Shown: positions 8,756-17,975 of the stretch, one piece after another
Layout: each line of letters opens with the position of its first letter
Numbering within the stretch: position 1 is the first letter of the stretch
Assembly (NCBI GenBank): GCA_016206685.1
Contig: JACQRB010000014.1
Coordinates: 9,152 to 73,151, forward strand
Origin: Candidatus Omnitrophota bacterium
GTDB taxonomy: Bacteria; Omnitrophota; Gorgyraeia; Aquiviventales; Aquiviventaceae
DNA length: 64,000 nucleotides
Reading direction: 5' to 3'
Position numbers and translations under genes: made by a program
The notes under the pieces: model-generated
What the model was told of the DNA's origin: nothing
Databases searched by the model: none
The model's input: the letters and a program-made list of their open reading frames with translations, nothing else

Positions 8756-9873
8756 CGGACCGGGCGCTGCGGCAAGTTTTAGTGCTGATCATCGCCACCC
8801 TCATCGGCCTGGGGTGCGTGGCGGTGTATTCCACGACGGCGATCATGGCGCATGAGACCTATGGGTCCAGCCTCCACTTCGTCGTGACGCACCTCTTGGC
8901 CGTTGCCATTGGGCTGGGACTGAGTCTGGCCGTCCTGGCCATTCCGTATCCCCTCCTGCGGGGCAGCGCCAAGTGGCTGCTCCTGGTGAGCGTGGTGCTG
9001 TTGGTCCTGGTGTTGGTGTGCGGCCTGCAGGTGGGGGGCGCGCGTCGCTGGTTTCGGCTGTGGCACGTGAGCATTCAGCCGTCGGAATTCGCGCAGCTGG
9101 CGCTGGTGATCTACCTGGCTGACTTCCTGGCGCGCAAACAGGCCGTCGTCGAGCGGTTTCGGGACGGCTTTCTGCCTCCGGTGTTGGCGACGGGGATCAC
9201 GGCGGGCCTGGTGCTGCTCCAGCCGGATCTGGGGACGGCGATCGTCATGGGGGCCGTGGCGATGTTGCTGCTCATGATGGCGAAGGCGCGCTGGCAGCAC
9301 GTGGGATGGCTCACGGTGCTGGGGGCCGTGGCGCTGGCGGTGCTCATCGGCGCCGAGGGGTATCGGCGCAGACGCATGCTGGCGTTCCTGAATCCGTGGC
9401 AGGATCCAGCCGGCGTGGGATTTCAAATTCTCCAGTCCTACGTGGCCTTTGCCAATGGCGGGCTACCGGGGGTGGGGATCGGCGCGTCCATGCAGAAACT
9501 GTTTTATCTCCCCGGCGCTCACACCGATTTCATTTTTGCGATCGTGGCGGAAGAGCTGGGGCTGATCGGGACGACCGCGGTGCTGGCCCTCTTCGCGCTG
9601 TTCGTCGGCTGCGGCATCCGCATGGCCTTGGGCGTCGAGGATCCGTTTAACAAGTATCTGATCTGTGGGTGCGTGGGGCTGGTGGGTCTTGAAGCGATCA
9701 TCAACGTGGCGGTCGTCACCGGCTTGCTGCCCACGAAGGGACTCCCGATGCCCTTGGTGTCCTACGGCGGGACGGCGATGGTCAGCAATCTCTTGGCCTG
9801 CGCGCTGATTCTCCATGCCAGCCGCCGACGCCCGTGCGGCGTGCGGAGTGCGGCGTGCGGAGTAGATTCGTAA
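8752..9873 (+). CDS. ftsW: SEDS-family peptidoglycan polymerase FtsW
   Basis: About 10 TM segments with IQPSEFAQLALVIYLA, PDLGTA and THTDFIFA..EELG blocks. The last roughly 12 codons are encoded by the left arm of a heptamer repeat. Confidence 0.9.
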   Translation: MTDRALRQVLVLIIATLIGLGCVAVYSTTAIMAHETYGSSLHFVVTHLLAVAIGLGLSLAVLAIPYPLLRGSAKWLLLVSVVLLVLVLVCGLQVGGARRWFRLWHVSIQPSEFAQLALVIYLADFLARKQAVVERFRDGFLPPVLATGITAGLVLLQPDLGTAIVMGAVAMLLLMMAKARWQHVGWLTVLGAVALAVLIGAEGYRRRRMLAFLNPWQDPAGVGFQILQSYVAFANGGLPGVGIGASMQKLFYLPGAHTDFIFAIVAEELGLIGTTAVLALFALFVGCGIRMALGVEDPFNKYLICGCVGLVGLEAIINVAVVTGLLPTKGLPMPLVSYGGTAMVSNLLACALILHASRRRPCGVRSAACGVDS

Positions 9874-9943
9874 CATGCCAGGCGCTGTGTGTGAGCGTGA
9901 AACACCGTTACTCCGAACTCCGAACTCCGAACTCCGAACTCCA
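9834..9943. repeat. Heptamer tandem-repeat module (gtgcggN x4 ... actccga x5) at the ftsW/murG junction
   Basis: The left block gtgcggc gtgcgga gtgcggc gtgcgga lies at 9834-9861. After a 45-nt spacer, the right block actccga x4 plus actccac lies at 9909-9943. The arms are largely complementary. Confidence 0.85.
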
Positions 9944-9961
9944 CAAGGTATTCGCGTCTTG

Positions 9962-11062
9962 ATGGTGGCGGAAGGCAGCGGCGGTCATCTCATCCCGGCC
10001 CTGGAGGTGGCGCGCGGCTTACGCCGCGGGGGGGCCTCGGTCAGGGTGGTGTATGCCCGGCGCGCTCGGGTGGGAGGGTTGCTGGAAGAGATCGTGTTGG
10101 AGGCCGAAGCCGACGGCGTACAGCTGCATCCGATTGACGTGTCGAGGGTGTCCCATCGAGCGATACGACTGTTTGGGCGGCTGGCCCAGGCGGGGCGGGC
10201 ATGGCGCCTCGCGCGCACCCTGTTTTGCGCGTCCCCTCCCCAAGTCGTGGTGGGGTTCGGGGGATGGGTGTCGGCGCCTGTAGTGCTGGCGGCGCGCCGT
10301 GCGGGGATCCCCGTGCTGCTCCATGAGCAAAACGTGCGCCTGGGCCGCGCGAATCGGTTTCTCCGTCGCTGGGCGCAGATGATCGCCGTGTCGTTCGAGC
10401 AGTCGCGCCAGGAGTGCCGGGGAACACCCGTGGTGGTGAGCGGCTTGCCGATCCGCCGCGCGATCGGGACCGCCGCCCGCGAAGAGGCGGCCGCGCATCT
10501 TGGCCTGGATCCGGATGCGTTGACCGTGCTCATCCTGGGCGGCAGCCAAGGGGCACGCGCCCTCAATCAACTGGCCTGCGGCCTGGTGAACGAGTTGACG
10601 GATCGCGAGCGGGCCTCATGGCAATTCATGCATCTGGCCGGCGTGTCGGATCACGCAGCCGTGCAGGCGGCCTATGCGGCCGCGCGCGCCCGTGGGTGGG
10701 TGGCGGCGCATCTGGGCCGCATGGACTGGGCCTATGCTGTGGCCGACGTCGTCATCGCGCGGGCCGGGGCCTCGACGATCGCCGAGTTGGCCCGCTGTGG
10801 GCTGCCCGCGCTCTTGGTCCCCTATCCGTATGCGAATGGACATCAGCGTGAGAACGCCCGTGTGGTCGCCTCCACCGGGGCGGGGGCATGGCTCGAGGAG
10901 TCGGCCGCCAGCCCGACGCGCCTGCTGCAGTCCCTTCGCGCGCTGCTGACGGATGCCGGCCGCCGAGTGAGGATGGGGGCTCAGATGGCGCGGTTGTCCA
11001 GACCCGACGCCACCACGCAACTGGCCTCGGCCATTGTCCAGCTTGCGAGGGTGCATGCTTAA
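9962..11062 (+). CDS. murG: UDP-GlcNAc:lipid I GlcNAc transferase (MurG)
   Basis: MVAEGSGGHLIPALEVA is the typical MurG N-terminus, and GGSQGA and ARAGASTIAEL blocks follow. The track start at 9875 would add a leader encoded by the repeat, so the start is ambiguous. Confidence 0.85.
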   Translation: MVAEGSGGHLIPALEVARGLRRGGASVRVVYARRARVGGLLEEIVLEAEADGVQLHPIDVSRVSHRAIRLFGRLAQAGRAWRLARTLFCASPPQVVVGFGGWVSAPVVLAARRAGIPVLLHEQNVRLGRANRFLRRWAQMIAVSFEQSRQECRGTPVVVSGLPIRRAIGTAAREEAAAHLGLDPDALTVLILGGSQGARALNQLACGLVNELTDRERASWQFMHLAGVSDHAAVQAAYAAARARGWVAAHLGRMDWAYAVADVVIARAGASTIAELARCGLPALLVPYPYANGHQRENARVVASTGAGAWLEESAASPTRLLQSLRALLTDAGRRVRMGAQMARLSRPDATTQLASAIVQLARVHA

Positions 11063-12434
11063 CGGCAAGCAGTTGCACTTCCTCGGCATCGGCGGCATCG
11101 GGATGAGCGGGCTGGCCCGCATCTGTCATGAGCGCGGCTACGCCGTCAGCGGCTGCGATGTGAGCGAGGGGCTGTCCCAGCGCCTCCTCCAGCAAGCCGG
11201 GATTCCTGTCGGCATCGGGCATCATCCCAGCCATCTCACGCATCAGGTCGGCCTGGTCGTCTATAGCTCAGCGGTGTCACCGCGCGAGCCTGAGCTGGTT
11301 GAGGCGCGCGCGCGGGGAATCCAGGCCGTGAGCCGCGGCCGGCTCTTAGCCGAGTTGGCGTCTGGCGCCAAGCTCGTGGCCGTCGCGGGCGCGCATGGCA
11401 AGACCACGACCTCAGGGATGGCCGCCCAGCTCTTGACGCAAGCGGGATGGGATCCGACGGCGGTGGTGGGCGGGCAGGTGCGCTCGCTGGGCAGCAACGC
11501 GCGCAACGGCCGCGGCCGCTACTTCGTGGCGGAGACGGATGAGTCGGATGGCTCCTTTTTGCTCCTGAAACCGTCGGTGGCCATCGTGACGAATATCGAT
11601 CGCGAGCACCTGAATTACTATCACACCTTTGAGAACCTGATCGCCGCGTTTCGGCAATTCGTGGGGCAGGTCGAGCCGGGCGGCATGCTCATTCGCTGCG
11701 AGGACGATCCCATGGTGCGGCTGCACCTGCCGCGATACCCGCATCAGATCAGCTATGGGCTCACCGCGCAGGCCGACGTGACCGCCGAGGCGATCCAGCC
11801 GCGCGGCTGGGGAGGCGAATTTCTCGCGCGCTACCAGGGGCAGCAGCTGGGCTCGTTTCGGCTGTGGGTCCCGGGCCGCCACAACGTGCAAAACGCCCTG
11901 GCCATCATCAGCTTGGGGCTTGCGCTGGATCTGCCGCTGGCGCTGATCCGGGAGGCGCTGGATGCCTACCGAGGCACCTCCCGGCGGTTTGAGCTGTTCC
12001 AGCTGTCGCAGGATGTCTGGTTTGTCGAGGACTACGCGCATCATCCCGCGGAGATCCGCGCCACGCTGACGGCCGATCCGTTCGTCGGACGCCATCGCCT
12101 GGTGGTGTTTCAACCCCATCGGTTTTCCCGGACGAAGCTGCTCGAGCAGGAGTTTGCGCGCTGCTTCGAGTCGGCCGACGGGCTCGTCATCACGGATATC
12201 TACCCGGCGTTCGAGGCCCCCATCCCCGGCGTGTCGGGGGAGCGGGTGGCCACCCTGATCAAGGCGCAAGGGCACCCGTGCGTGCGCTACGTCCCGCGTC
12301 CCGAACTCTCACGATACCTCGCGCATGTCATTCAGCCTCAGGACACGGTGTTTTTCCTGGGAGCAGGCGACATCGGAGAACTGTGCCATGAGCTGGCCAC
12401 CCACTGGCGTCCGCCGAGCGGAATCGCTCGCTAA
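11055..12434 (+). CDS. murC: UDP-N-acetylmuramate-L-alanine ligase (MurC)
   Basis: Contains HFLGIGGIGMSGLA, AGAHGKTTTSGM and DYAHHPAEI. Confidence 0.9.
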   Translation: MLNGKQLHFLGIGGIGMSGLARICHERGYAVSGCDVSEGLSQRLLQQAGIPVGIGHHPSHLTHQVGLVVYSSAVSPREPELVEARARGIQAVSRGRLLAELASGAKLVAVAGAHGKTTTSGMAAQLLTQAGWDPTAVVGGQVRSLGSNARNGRGRYFVAETDESDGSFLLLKPSVAIVTNIDREHLNYYHTFENLIAAFRQFVGQVEPGGMLIRCEDDPMVRLHLPRYPHQISYGLTAQADVTAEAIQPRGWGGEFLARYQGQQLGSFRLWVPGRHNVQNALAIISLGLALDLPLALIREALDAYRGTSRRFELFQLSQDVWFVEDYAHHPAEIRATLTADPFVGRHRLVVFQPHRFSRTKLLEQEFARCFESADGLVITDIYPAFEAPIPGVSGERVATLIKAQGHPCVRYVPRPELSRYLAHVIQPQDTVFFLGAGDIGELCHELATHWRPPSGIAR

Positions 12435-13281
12435 CCATACCAGCTTCCGCATCGGCGGACCGGCTGAGTGGTTTGCCGAGCCCTCCACCGTGGAGGACCT
12501 GATCGCGCTGCTGCGCTCCGCCGCCCACCGGGACACGCCGGTGTCCGTCATCGGCGGCGGCACCAACTCCTTGGTCGCGGATCGGGGGATCCACGGGTTG
12601 GTGCTGCGCTTGGGCAGGGGCTTCCGGATGGTCGAGCCGCTCTCTGACGCTCAGGATGATCACGCGCGCGTGCGCTGCGGCGCGGCGGTGGTCACGCAGC
12701 GATTGGTCTCGCTGGCGTGTCAGCACGGCTGGGGGGATCTGGAGGCCTTGGCGGGATTGCCCGGGCAGGTGGGTGGCGCGGTCGTGATGAACGCGCAGAA
12801 CATCGGTCAATTTGTCGAACGGCTGACGCTGGTGTCCTTGGGTGGCGACGTGGAGCAGCTGACGAGCGCGCAGATGCAGTTCGCGTATCGGTATACCGCG
12901 CTGAAGCCCGGCATCATTACGGACGTGATGTTCCGCTTCCCGCGCGCGCCGGTTGGCGTGTCGGCCGATCGCATCCATCAAGCGCTGTGCCGCCGCAACG
13001 ACAGCCAAGAGACCCGCTTGCCCTCGGCCGGCTGCGCCTTCAAGAATCCGCCGGGCACCTCGGCTGGGCGCTTGATCGATCAGGCGGGCTTGAAGGGCAC
13101 GCGCATCGGCGATGCGCGGGTGTCAGGGCGGCATGCCAACTTCATCGTGAATGTGGGCCAGGCGACGTGCGATGACGTCGTGTCGCTGATGGAGCATATT
13201 CAACGCCGGGTCGTCCAGCGGTTTGGGGTGCGGCTGGAGCCGGAAGTGCGGCTGTTCGGGGAGCGATGGGATCACGTCTGA
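12388..13281 (+). CDS. murB: UDP-N-acetylenolpyruvoylglucosamine reductase (MurB)
   Basis: Contains SFRIGGPAEWF, an FAD-binding GGGTNSLV motif, AGCAFKNP and GGAQVS-like GDARVSGRHANFIVN. The start is uncertain (12325 or 12388). Confidence 0.85.
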   Translation: MSWPPTGVRRAESLANHTSFRIGGPAEWFAEPSTVEDLIALLRSAAHRDTPVSVIGGGTNSLVADRGIHGLVLRLGRGFRMVEPLSDAQDDHARVRCGAAVVTQRLVSLACQHGWGDLEALAGLPGQVGGAVVMNAQNIGQFVERLTLVSLGGDVEQLTSAQMQFAYRYTALKPGIITDVMFRFPRAPVGVSADRIHQALCRRNDSQETRLPSAGCAFKNPPGTSAGRLIDQAGLKGTRIGDARVSGRHANFIVNVGQATCDDVVSLMEHIQRRVVQRFGVRLEPEVRLFGERWDHV

Positions 13282-14273
13282 TGCATCCGGAGCGCGTGGC
13301 GGTGGTGATGGGCGGGCCCTCGGCCGAGCATGCGATCTCCGTCAGGAGCGGGCAGGGGGTGGTGGCCGCGTTGATGCGGCGAGGCTGGCGGGTGCATCCG
13401 CTCTTGTTGCTGGAGACCCTGACGGTGGAAGAAGCCGGCCGCGCCACCCGCGCCGCGCTGGAAGCCGCCGAGCCCGACGCGGTCTTCCTCGCCTTGCACG
13501 GATCGTTTGGCGAGGACGGCACGATTCAAGCCATCTGCGAGGAACGCCAGGCGGCCTACACGGGTTCCGACGTCACGGCGAGCCGCCTGGGCTTACAGAA
13601 AGTGGCCAGCCGCCTCCGGTTTGAAGAGGCGGGCTTGCGCGTGCCGCGTTGGCGGGTGATCAATCCGCAGGATCCGGGCGCGCTCCAGGAGGCCATCGAG
13701 CAGGTGGGCGTGCCCGCCGTGGTCAAGCCCACCAACCAAGGCTCCAGCATCGGCGTGTCCATCGTGACGGAGCCCGGGGAGTTGGCGCGCGCCGTGCACG
13801 CGGCGGCTCGCTATGATACCCAGGTCCTCGTGGAAGCCTATGTCAGAGGCCGAGAGCTCACGGTGGGGATTCTGGATCGCGAGACCTTGCCGCTGGTGGA
13901 GATTTGTCCGAAGGCCCACCAGTTTTTTGACTACACGGCCAAGTACACGCCGGGACAGACCGAGTATCTCGTCCCGGCCTCGCTCAGCGCCTCGCTGACC
14001 CGGCGCGTTCAGGAAGCCGGGTTGCGCGCCCACGACGCCATCGGGTGCCGGCATTTTTCCCGGGTGGATGTGATCCTCGATCAAGCCGGGGAGCCGGTGA
14101 TCCTGGAGGTCAACACGATCCCCGGCCTGACGGCCACCAGTTTGCTGCCCAAGGCGGCGGCCTGCGCCGGGATCGCGTATGAAGAGCTGTGCGAGCGGCT
14201 GGTGACCATGGCGTTGCAGGGGGGGATGCGTACGCTGCTGGCGCAGTTGGCCGGCGTCGCGGCGCACGACTAA
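13281..14273 (+). CDS. ddl: D-alanine-D-alanine ligase
   Basis: Contains VVMGGPSAEHAISVRSG, ALHGSFGEDGTIQ, VVKPTNQGSSIGV and an ATP-grasp C-terminus ending EVNTIPGLT. Confidence 0.9.
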   Translation: MHPERVAVVMGGPSAEHAISVRSGQGVVAALMRRGWRVHPLLLLETLTVEEAGRATRAALEAAEPDAVFLALHGSFGEDGTIQAICEERQAAYTGSDVTASRLGLQKVASRLRFEEAGLRVPRWRVINPQDPGALQEAIEQVGVPAVVKPTNQGSSIGVSIVTEPGELARAVHAAARYDTQVLVEAYVRGRELTVGILDRETLPLVEICPKAHQFFDYTAKYTPGQTEYLVPASLSASLTRRVQEAGLRAHDAIGCRHFSRVDVILDQAGEPVILEVNTIPGLTATSLLPKAAACAGIAYEELCERLVTMALQGGMRTLLAQLAGVAAHD

Positions 14274-14291
14274 AGCGGGGTCGGCATCCGA

Positions 14292-15083
14292 ATGGCAACT
14301 CGTCGTCGAACGATCCGTGGCGTGCTTCCCCGGCTGGTCTCCACGCTCATGGCGGGCGTGCGCTGGACCATGAGGCATCCACGCGGGCTGATCGCGCTGG
14401 GGGTGGTCCTGGCCTGTGGCTGGACGGCGTGGCGGTCGGCCACCACGAGCGACGCCTTTCGCATCACCGACGTGCGCATTCCAGCCGAGAGCCATCTGAG
14501 CGTCCCGGTTTCCTCTCTGAAAGGCCGGAATCTCTGGACGGTGGACCTCAAGGCGCTCGAAGCGGACCTGAAAGCGCAACGGCCCCACCTCAAACGCGTG
14601 CGGGTCATCCGGATCTTGCCGCGCACGCTTGGGCTGGAGGTGGTGGAGCGCGTGCCGGTGGCCCAGCTCTTCCTGGGTGGCTGGCATCCGGTGGATGCCG
14701 GCGGCTACATCCTCCCGCAAGCCAGCTCCGCGCCCCTGGGGCAGTTGGTCCTGCTCAAAGGCATCGACAGCCCCAAACAGCCGCTGAAAGTCGGGCAAGC
14801 CAACGCCAACGAACGGTTGAGCAGGGCGCTGCAGATCGCGGAGCAGCTGCATCGCTCCCCGCTGCTCGCGGGCCATCGGCTCACCACGGTTGACGTCGCG
14901 GATCCGGCGCAGCTGACCTTCGTGATCGACGGAGACGTGGAAATTCGCTGCGGCAACGACACGCAGCTCGCCAGCCACTTGCGGCGCCTGCGCGCGGTGC
15001 TGCAGCAGGTGGCCAAGCACGGCCTGGCAATCCGCTACATTGATCTGCGGTTTTCAGACCCGGTGATCGGCCCGCGAACATGA
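14292..15083 (+). CDS. ftsQ: Cell division protein FtsQ (POTRA domain)
   Basis: N-terminal TM followed by a POTRA-like segment (FRITDVRI...LWTVDLKALEADLKAQRPHLKRVRVIRILPRTLGLEVVER). It sits in the ddl-ftsQ-ftsA position. Confidence 0.75.
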   Translation: MATRRRTIRGVLPRLVSTLMAGVRWTMRHPRGLIALGVVLACGWTAWRSATTSDAFRITDVRIPAESHLSVPVSSLKGRNLWTVDLKALEADLKAQRPHLKRVRVIRILPRTLGLEVVERVPVAQLFLGGWHPVDAGGYILPQASSAPLGQLVLLKGIDSPKQPLKVGQANANERLSRALQIAEQLHRSPLLAGHRLTTVDVADPAQLTFVIDGDVEIRCGNDTQLASHLRRLRAVLQQVAKHGLAIRYIDLRFSDPVIGPRT

Positions 15084-15192
15084 TCCCACCACCTGCCTCT
15101 CAGCTTCCGGCTGGCGCACTCGCGCCAAGCTGGATTGTTGTGGTCACAGCGAGTGCGCGGCCAGCCCGTGGCTGGCCGAGGCAGGTGGTGGG
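15084..15192 (+). repeat. Structured intergenic element, copy B
   Basis: Same outer arms as copy A (15085-15099 / 15178-15192) and the same central hairpin. The 3' inner hairpin differs in sequence but still pairs (ggccagcc/ggctggcc versus gccccgcc/ggcggggc). It lies between the ftsQ TGA and the ftsA ATG. Confidence 0.85.
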
Positions 15193-16371
15193 ATGACCAC
15201 CAAACCCCTGGTCGTGTTGGATATCGGCTCCACCAAGGTCGCCTGCGCGGTCGGTCGCAGCCCCATCGTGCTGCGACCAACCGAGCAGGCCACCTGTGAG
15301 GTGATCGGGACGGGTGTGGCCTCCTATCCGACGCTCAAGAGCACGTGGCCGTGCGACCAGGCGCTGTTAGCCAGGACCATCGAGCAGGCCCTGGAGGAGG
15401 CGCATCTGGACACCTGGCCGGATCGGGCCATCGTCATCCTCACGCATCCTGCGCTGTCCCATCGAGCCGTGACGGCTCAACTGGATCTGGCTGATGAGCC
15501 GGTGACGATCCGCGGGCGGGACCTCGAGCGGCTGCACGCGCAGGCCGTCAGTCAGGCGCTCGAAGTGGATCGCGAGCCGCTGTTGCTGGATCCCTTGGGA
15601 TATGCGGGCAACGGGTTCGACGCGGCCGGCGATCCGCGGGGGCTGGTCGCGACTCGCGTCCACGGACGATTTCAGTTGATCGGGATCCCGATGGCGGTCA
15701 AACGCGCCGTCTTGCAGGCCCTGGACGCGGTCGGCCTTGAGTTGGACCGCGTGGTCTACAGTCTCCAGGCGGTCGTGGCCGCGTGCGTGGAAGAGTCGTG
15801 GTGGTCCAAGCGCGTGCTGCTGGTGGATCTGGGCGGCTGCTGCACGGATCTCGCCCTCTGGGACAACGGGCATCTGGTGCGCAGCACCTCCATTCCCTGG
15901 GGCGGGATGACCCTCGTCGAGGCCATCGCCACCGACGCTCGCATGACGATGGACCACGCCCTGACGGCGAGCCTGGAGGGAGTGAGCAGTCCCCACCCGA
16001 TCGTCCGGAAGGTCTTCAACGAACAACTGCGACTGGTGGAATCTTCGCTTCGTCACCTCCTGGAAGAGACCGCGCATCCTGACCGGGCCATCGTCACAGG
16101 CCGGGGGGCGTTGATCGGGGGGCTGGTGGAATGGGTCGAGCAGGTCAGCCGCACCAAGGCCGTGCTGGGGCGCAGTCCCCTGGCGAAAGGCCTGGGCGAT
16201 CTTGGGCGCCAGATGGCCCTGAGTCCTTCGCTGGGCCTGCTCCAACGCATCTGCCAGACGGCCGCCGCCTCCTCACGCGGCGCGCCGAGCCGCGTCGGGA
16301 TTCAAGGATCCGGCCGGCTTATTGACCGCCTCCTTGCGCGCACCCGGTCCCTCCTGATCGAATACTTCTAG
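15193..16371 (+). CDS. ftsA: Divergent actin-like division protein FtsA
   Basis: Contains VVLDIGSTKVACAV, VDLGGCCTDLALW and GGMTLVEAIA blocks of the FtsA/actin ATPase fold. It sits after ftsQ but is quite divergent. Confidence 0.75.
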   Translation: MTTKPLVVLDIGSTKVACAVGRSPIVLRPTEQATCEVIGTGVASYPTLKSTWPCDQALLARTIEQALEEAHLDTWPDRAIVILTHPALSHRAVTAQLDLADEPVTIRGRDLERLHAQAVSQALEVDREPLLLDPLGYAGNGFDAAGDPRGLVATRVHGRFQLIGIPMAVKRAVLQALDAVGLELDRVVYSLQAVVAACVEESWWSKRVLLVDLGGCCTDLALWDNGHLVRSTSIPWGGMTLVEAIATDARMTMDHALTASLEGVSSPHPIVRKVFNEQLRLVESSLRHLLEETAHPDRAIVTGRGALIGGLVEWVEQVSRTKAVLGRSPLAKGLGDLGRQMALSPSLGLLQRICQTAAASSRGAPSRVGIQGSGRLIDRLLARTRSLLIEYF

Positions 16372-16394
16372 TTTTTCGGTTCGACTCCTCGTCG

Positions 16395-16424
16395 TTGACG
16401 CTGCCTTCCCGGCTGTGTTACAGT
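16395..16424 (+). promoter_or_regulatory. Putative sigma70-type promoter for yggS (possibly leaderless mRNA)
   Basis: TTGACG (16395-16400), an 18-nt spacer, then TACAGT (16419-24). The GTG start at 16432 lies only 7 nt after the -10 box. Confidence 0.4.
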
Positions 16425-16431
16425 ACCCCTC

Positions 16432-17094
16432 GTGTTGAGCGAGAACCTGGCGCGCGTCCGTGCGCGGATTCGACAAGCCTGCCACCGTTGCGGTCGCGAT
16501 CCCGCGTCTGTCACGTTGGTCTGCGTGACGAAGGGGATCGCGATTGAGGCGATTCAGGAAGCGGTGTCGCTGGGCGTGACGGATCTCGGGGAAAACCGCG
16601 TCCAGGAAGCGAAGCCCAAGCGTGCGGCGTTCGCGGCGGGAGAGGCCCGCTGGCATCTGATCGGCCATCTGCAGCGCAACAAGGCCAAAGACGCCATTGG
16701 GCTGTTTGGGGTCATCCATTCGCTCGACTCCGTGGCGCTGGCGGAAGAGCTTGAGCGCCAGGCCGCCAAGCGGCAGCAGATCCTCGACGCGTTGGTGCAG
16801 GTCAACGTGTCGGGTGAGGCCACGAAATTCGGCTGCACGCCTGCAGAGGCCCCGTCGCTGGCTCAAGCGATTGGCCGGCTACCGCATCTGCGATTGATGG
16901 GATTGATGACCATGGCTCCCTTCGTTGAAAATCCAGAACACGCTCGTCCGTATTTTCGTCGCTTGCGTCTCTTGCGTGAGGAGCTCTTGCGCTCATCACT
17001 GCTCTTATCAATGGGCATGTCCAACGATTTCGAAGTGGCGATTGAAGAAGGGGCCGATTTCGTCCGCATCGGCTCCGCCATTTTCAAGCCATGA
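16432..17094 (+). CDS. yggS: PLP-binding homeostasis protein YggS/YlmE family
   Basis: Contains LVCVTKG (Lys for PLP), HLIGHLQRNK, LVQVN and LSMGMSNDFEVAIEEGADFVRIGSAIF. Confidence 0.85.
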   Translation: MLSENLARVRARIRQACHRCGRDPASVTLVCVTKGIAIEAIQEAVSLGVTDLGENRVQEAKPKRAAFAAGEARWHLIGHLQRNKAKDAIGLFGVIHSLDSVALAEELERQAAKRQQILDALVQVNVSGEATKFGCTPAEAPSLAQAIGRLPHLRLMGLMTMAPFVENPEHARPYFRRLRLLREELLRSSLLLSMGMSNDFEVAIEEGADFVRIGSAIFKP

Positions 17095-17963
17095 AACCTC
17101 AATCACTCCGGAAGTTGCAGATCGGAGTGATTGGCGCAGGCAATATGGGCCGGGCGCTGATCCGGGGGCTCCTCCGAGCGGGTGTCCCGTCAGGACGCGT
17201 GGTCGTGGCGGAGGCCGATGCCTCGACGAGGCAGCGGGTGCGCCGGGCATTTCGCGTGCGCGGCGCGCTCTTGGATGAGATGGCGAGGCGCTGCGACGTG
17301 ATTGTCATCGCCGTGAAGCCCCAGGATCTGCCGCCGGTGCTGGATCAGCTCGCTCGCGGTCTTCGCGCGCGCGGGCCTGCCCGCCCCGGGTCTCGCGGGG
17401 CAGGCGGGCGTCAACCGCTCGTCATCTCGATTGCGGCGGGGGTGAGGCTGGCCGCGCTTGAGGGCAGGCTCAGCCGGGTGCCGGTGGTGCGCGTGATGCC
17501 CAACCTGCCGGCCAAGGTGGGCTGTGGGATTTCAGCCATGGCGACCGGCCGCGCGGTTGGCGCCTCGCATCTGGCCATCGCCAGAGCGATCTTTGGCTGT
17601 GTGGGAGAGGTCGTCGAGCTGCCCGAGCGGCTGTTTGATGCCGTGACGGCCATCAGCGGCTCAGGGCCGGCCTACTTTTTCCTCATCTTCAAGGCGTTGC
17701 GCGATGCCGGCTCGCGCGCCGGGCTGCCGAACGCGATCGCGCAGCGGTTGGCGCTTCGCACCGCCTCCGGCAGCGTCGCGCTGGCCGAGGCTTCGTCCCA
17801 ACCGCTTGAAGACCTGATCGCCCAAGTGGCCTCGAAGCGCGGGACGACGGAGGCGGCCTTGAACGTGTTTCGCCGGTATCGCTTGGCCGAGAGCATCCAA
17901 GCGGGTGTGGCGGCTGCCGTCCGGCGTTCACGCGCGTTGTCGAAAGAACATCGGGGACGTTGA
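17091..17963 (+). CDS. proC: Pyrroline-5-carboxylate reductase
   Basis: Contains IGVIGAGNMGRALI, AVKPQD, RVMPNLPA, SGSGPAYFF and SKRGTTEAAL. It carries a short R/G-rich insertion. Confidence 0.85.
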   Translation: MKPQSLRKLQIGVIGAGNMGRALIRGLLRAGVPSGRVVVAEADASTRQRVRRAFRVRGALLDEMARRCDVIVIAVKPQDLPPVLDQLARGLRARGPARPGSRGAGGRQPLVISIAAGVRLAALEGRLSRVPVVRVMPNLPAKVGCGISAMATGRAVGASHLAIARAIFGCVGEVVELPERLFDAVTAISGSGPAYFFLIFKALRDAGSRAGLPNAIAQRLALRTASGSVALAEASSQPLEDLIAQVASKRGTTEAALNVFRRYRLAESIQAGVAAAVRRSRALSKEHRGR

Positions 17964-17975
17964 GGAGGGCGTGAG

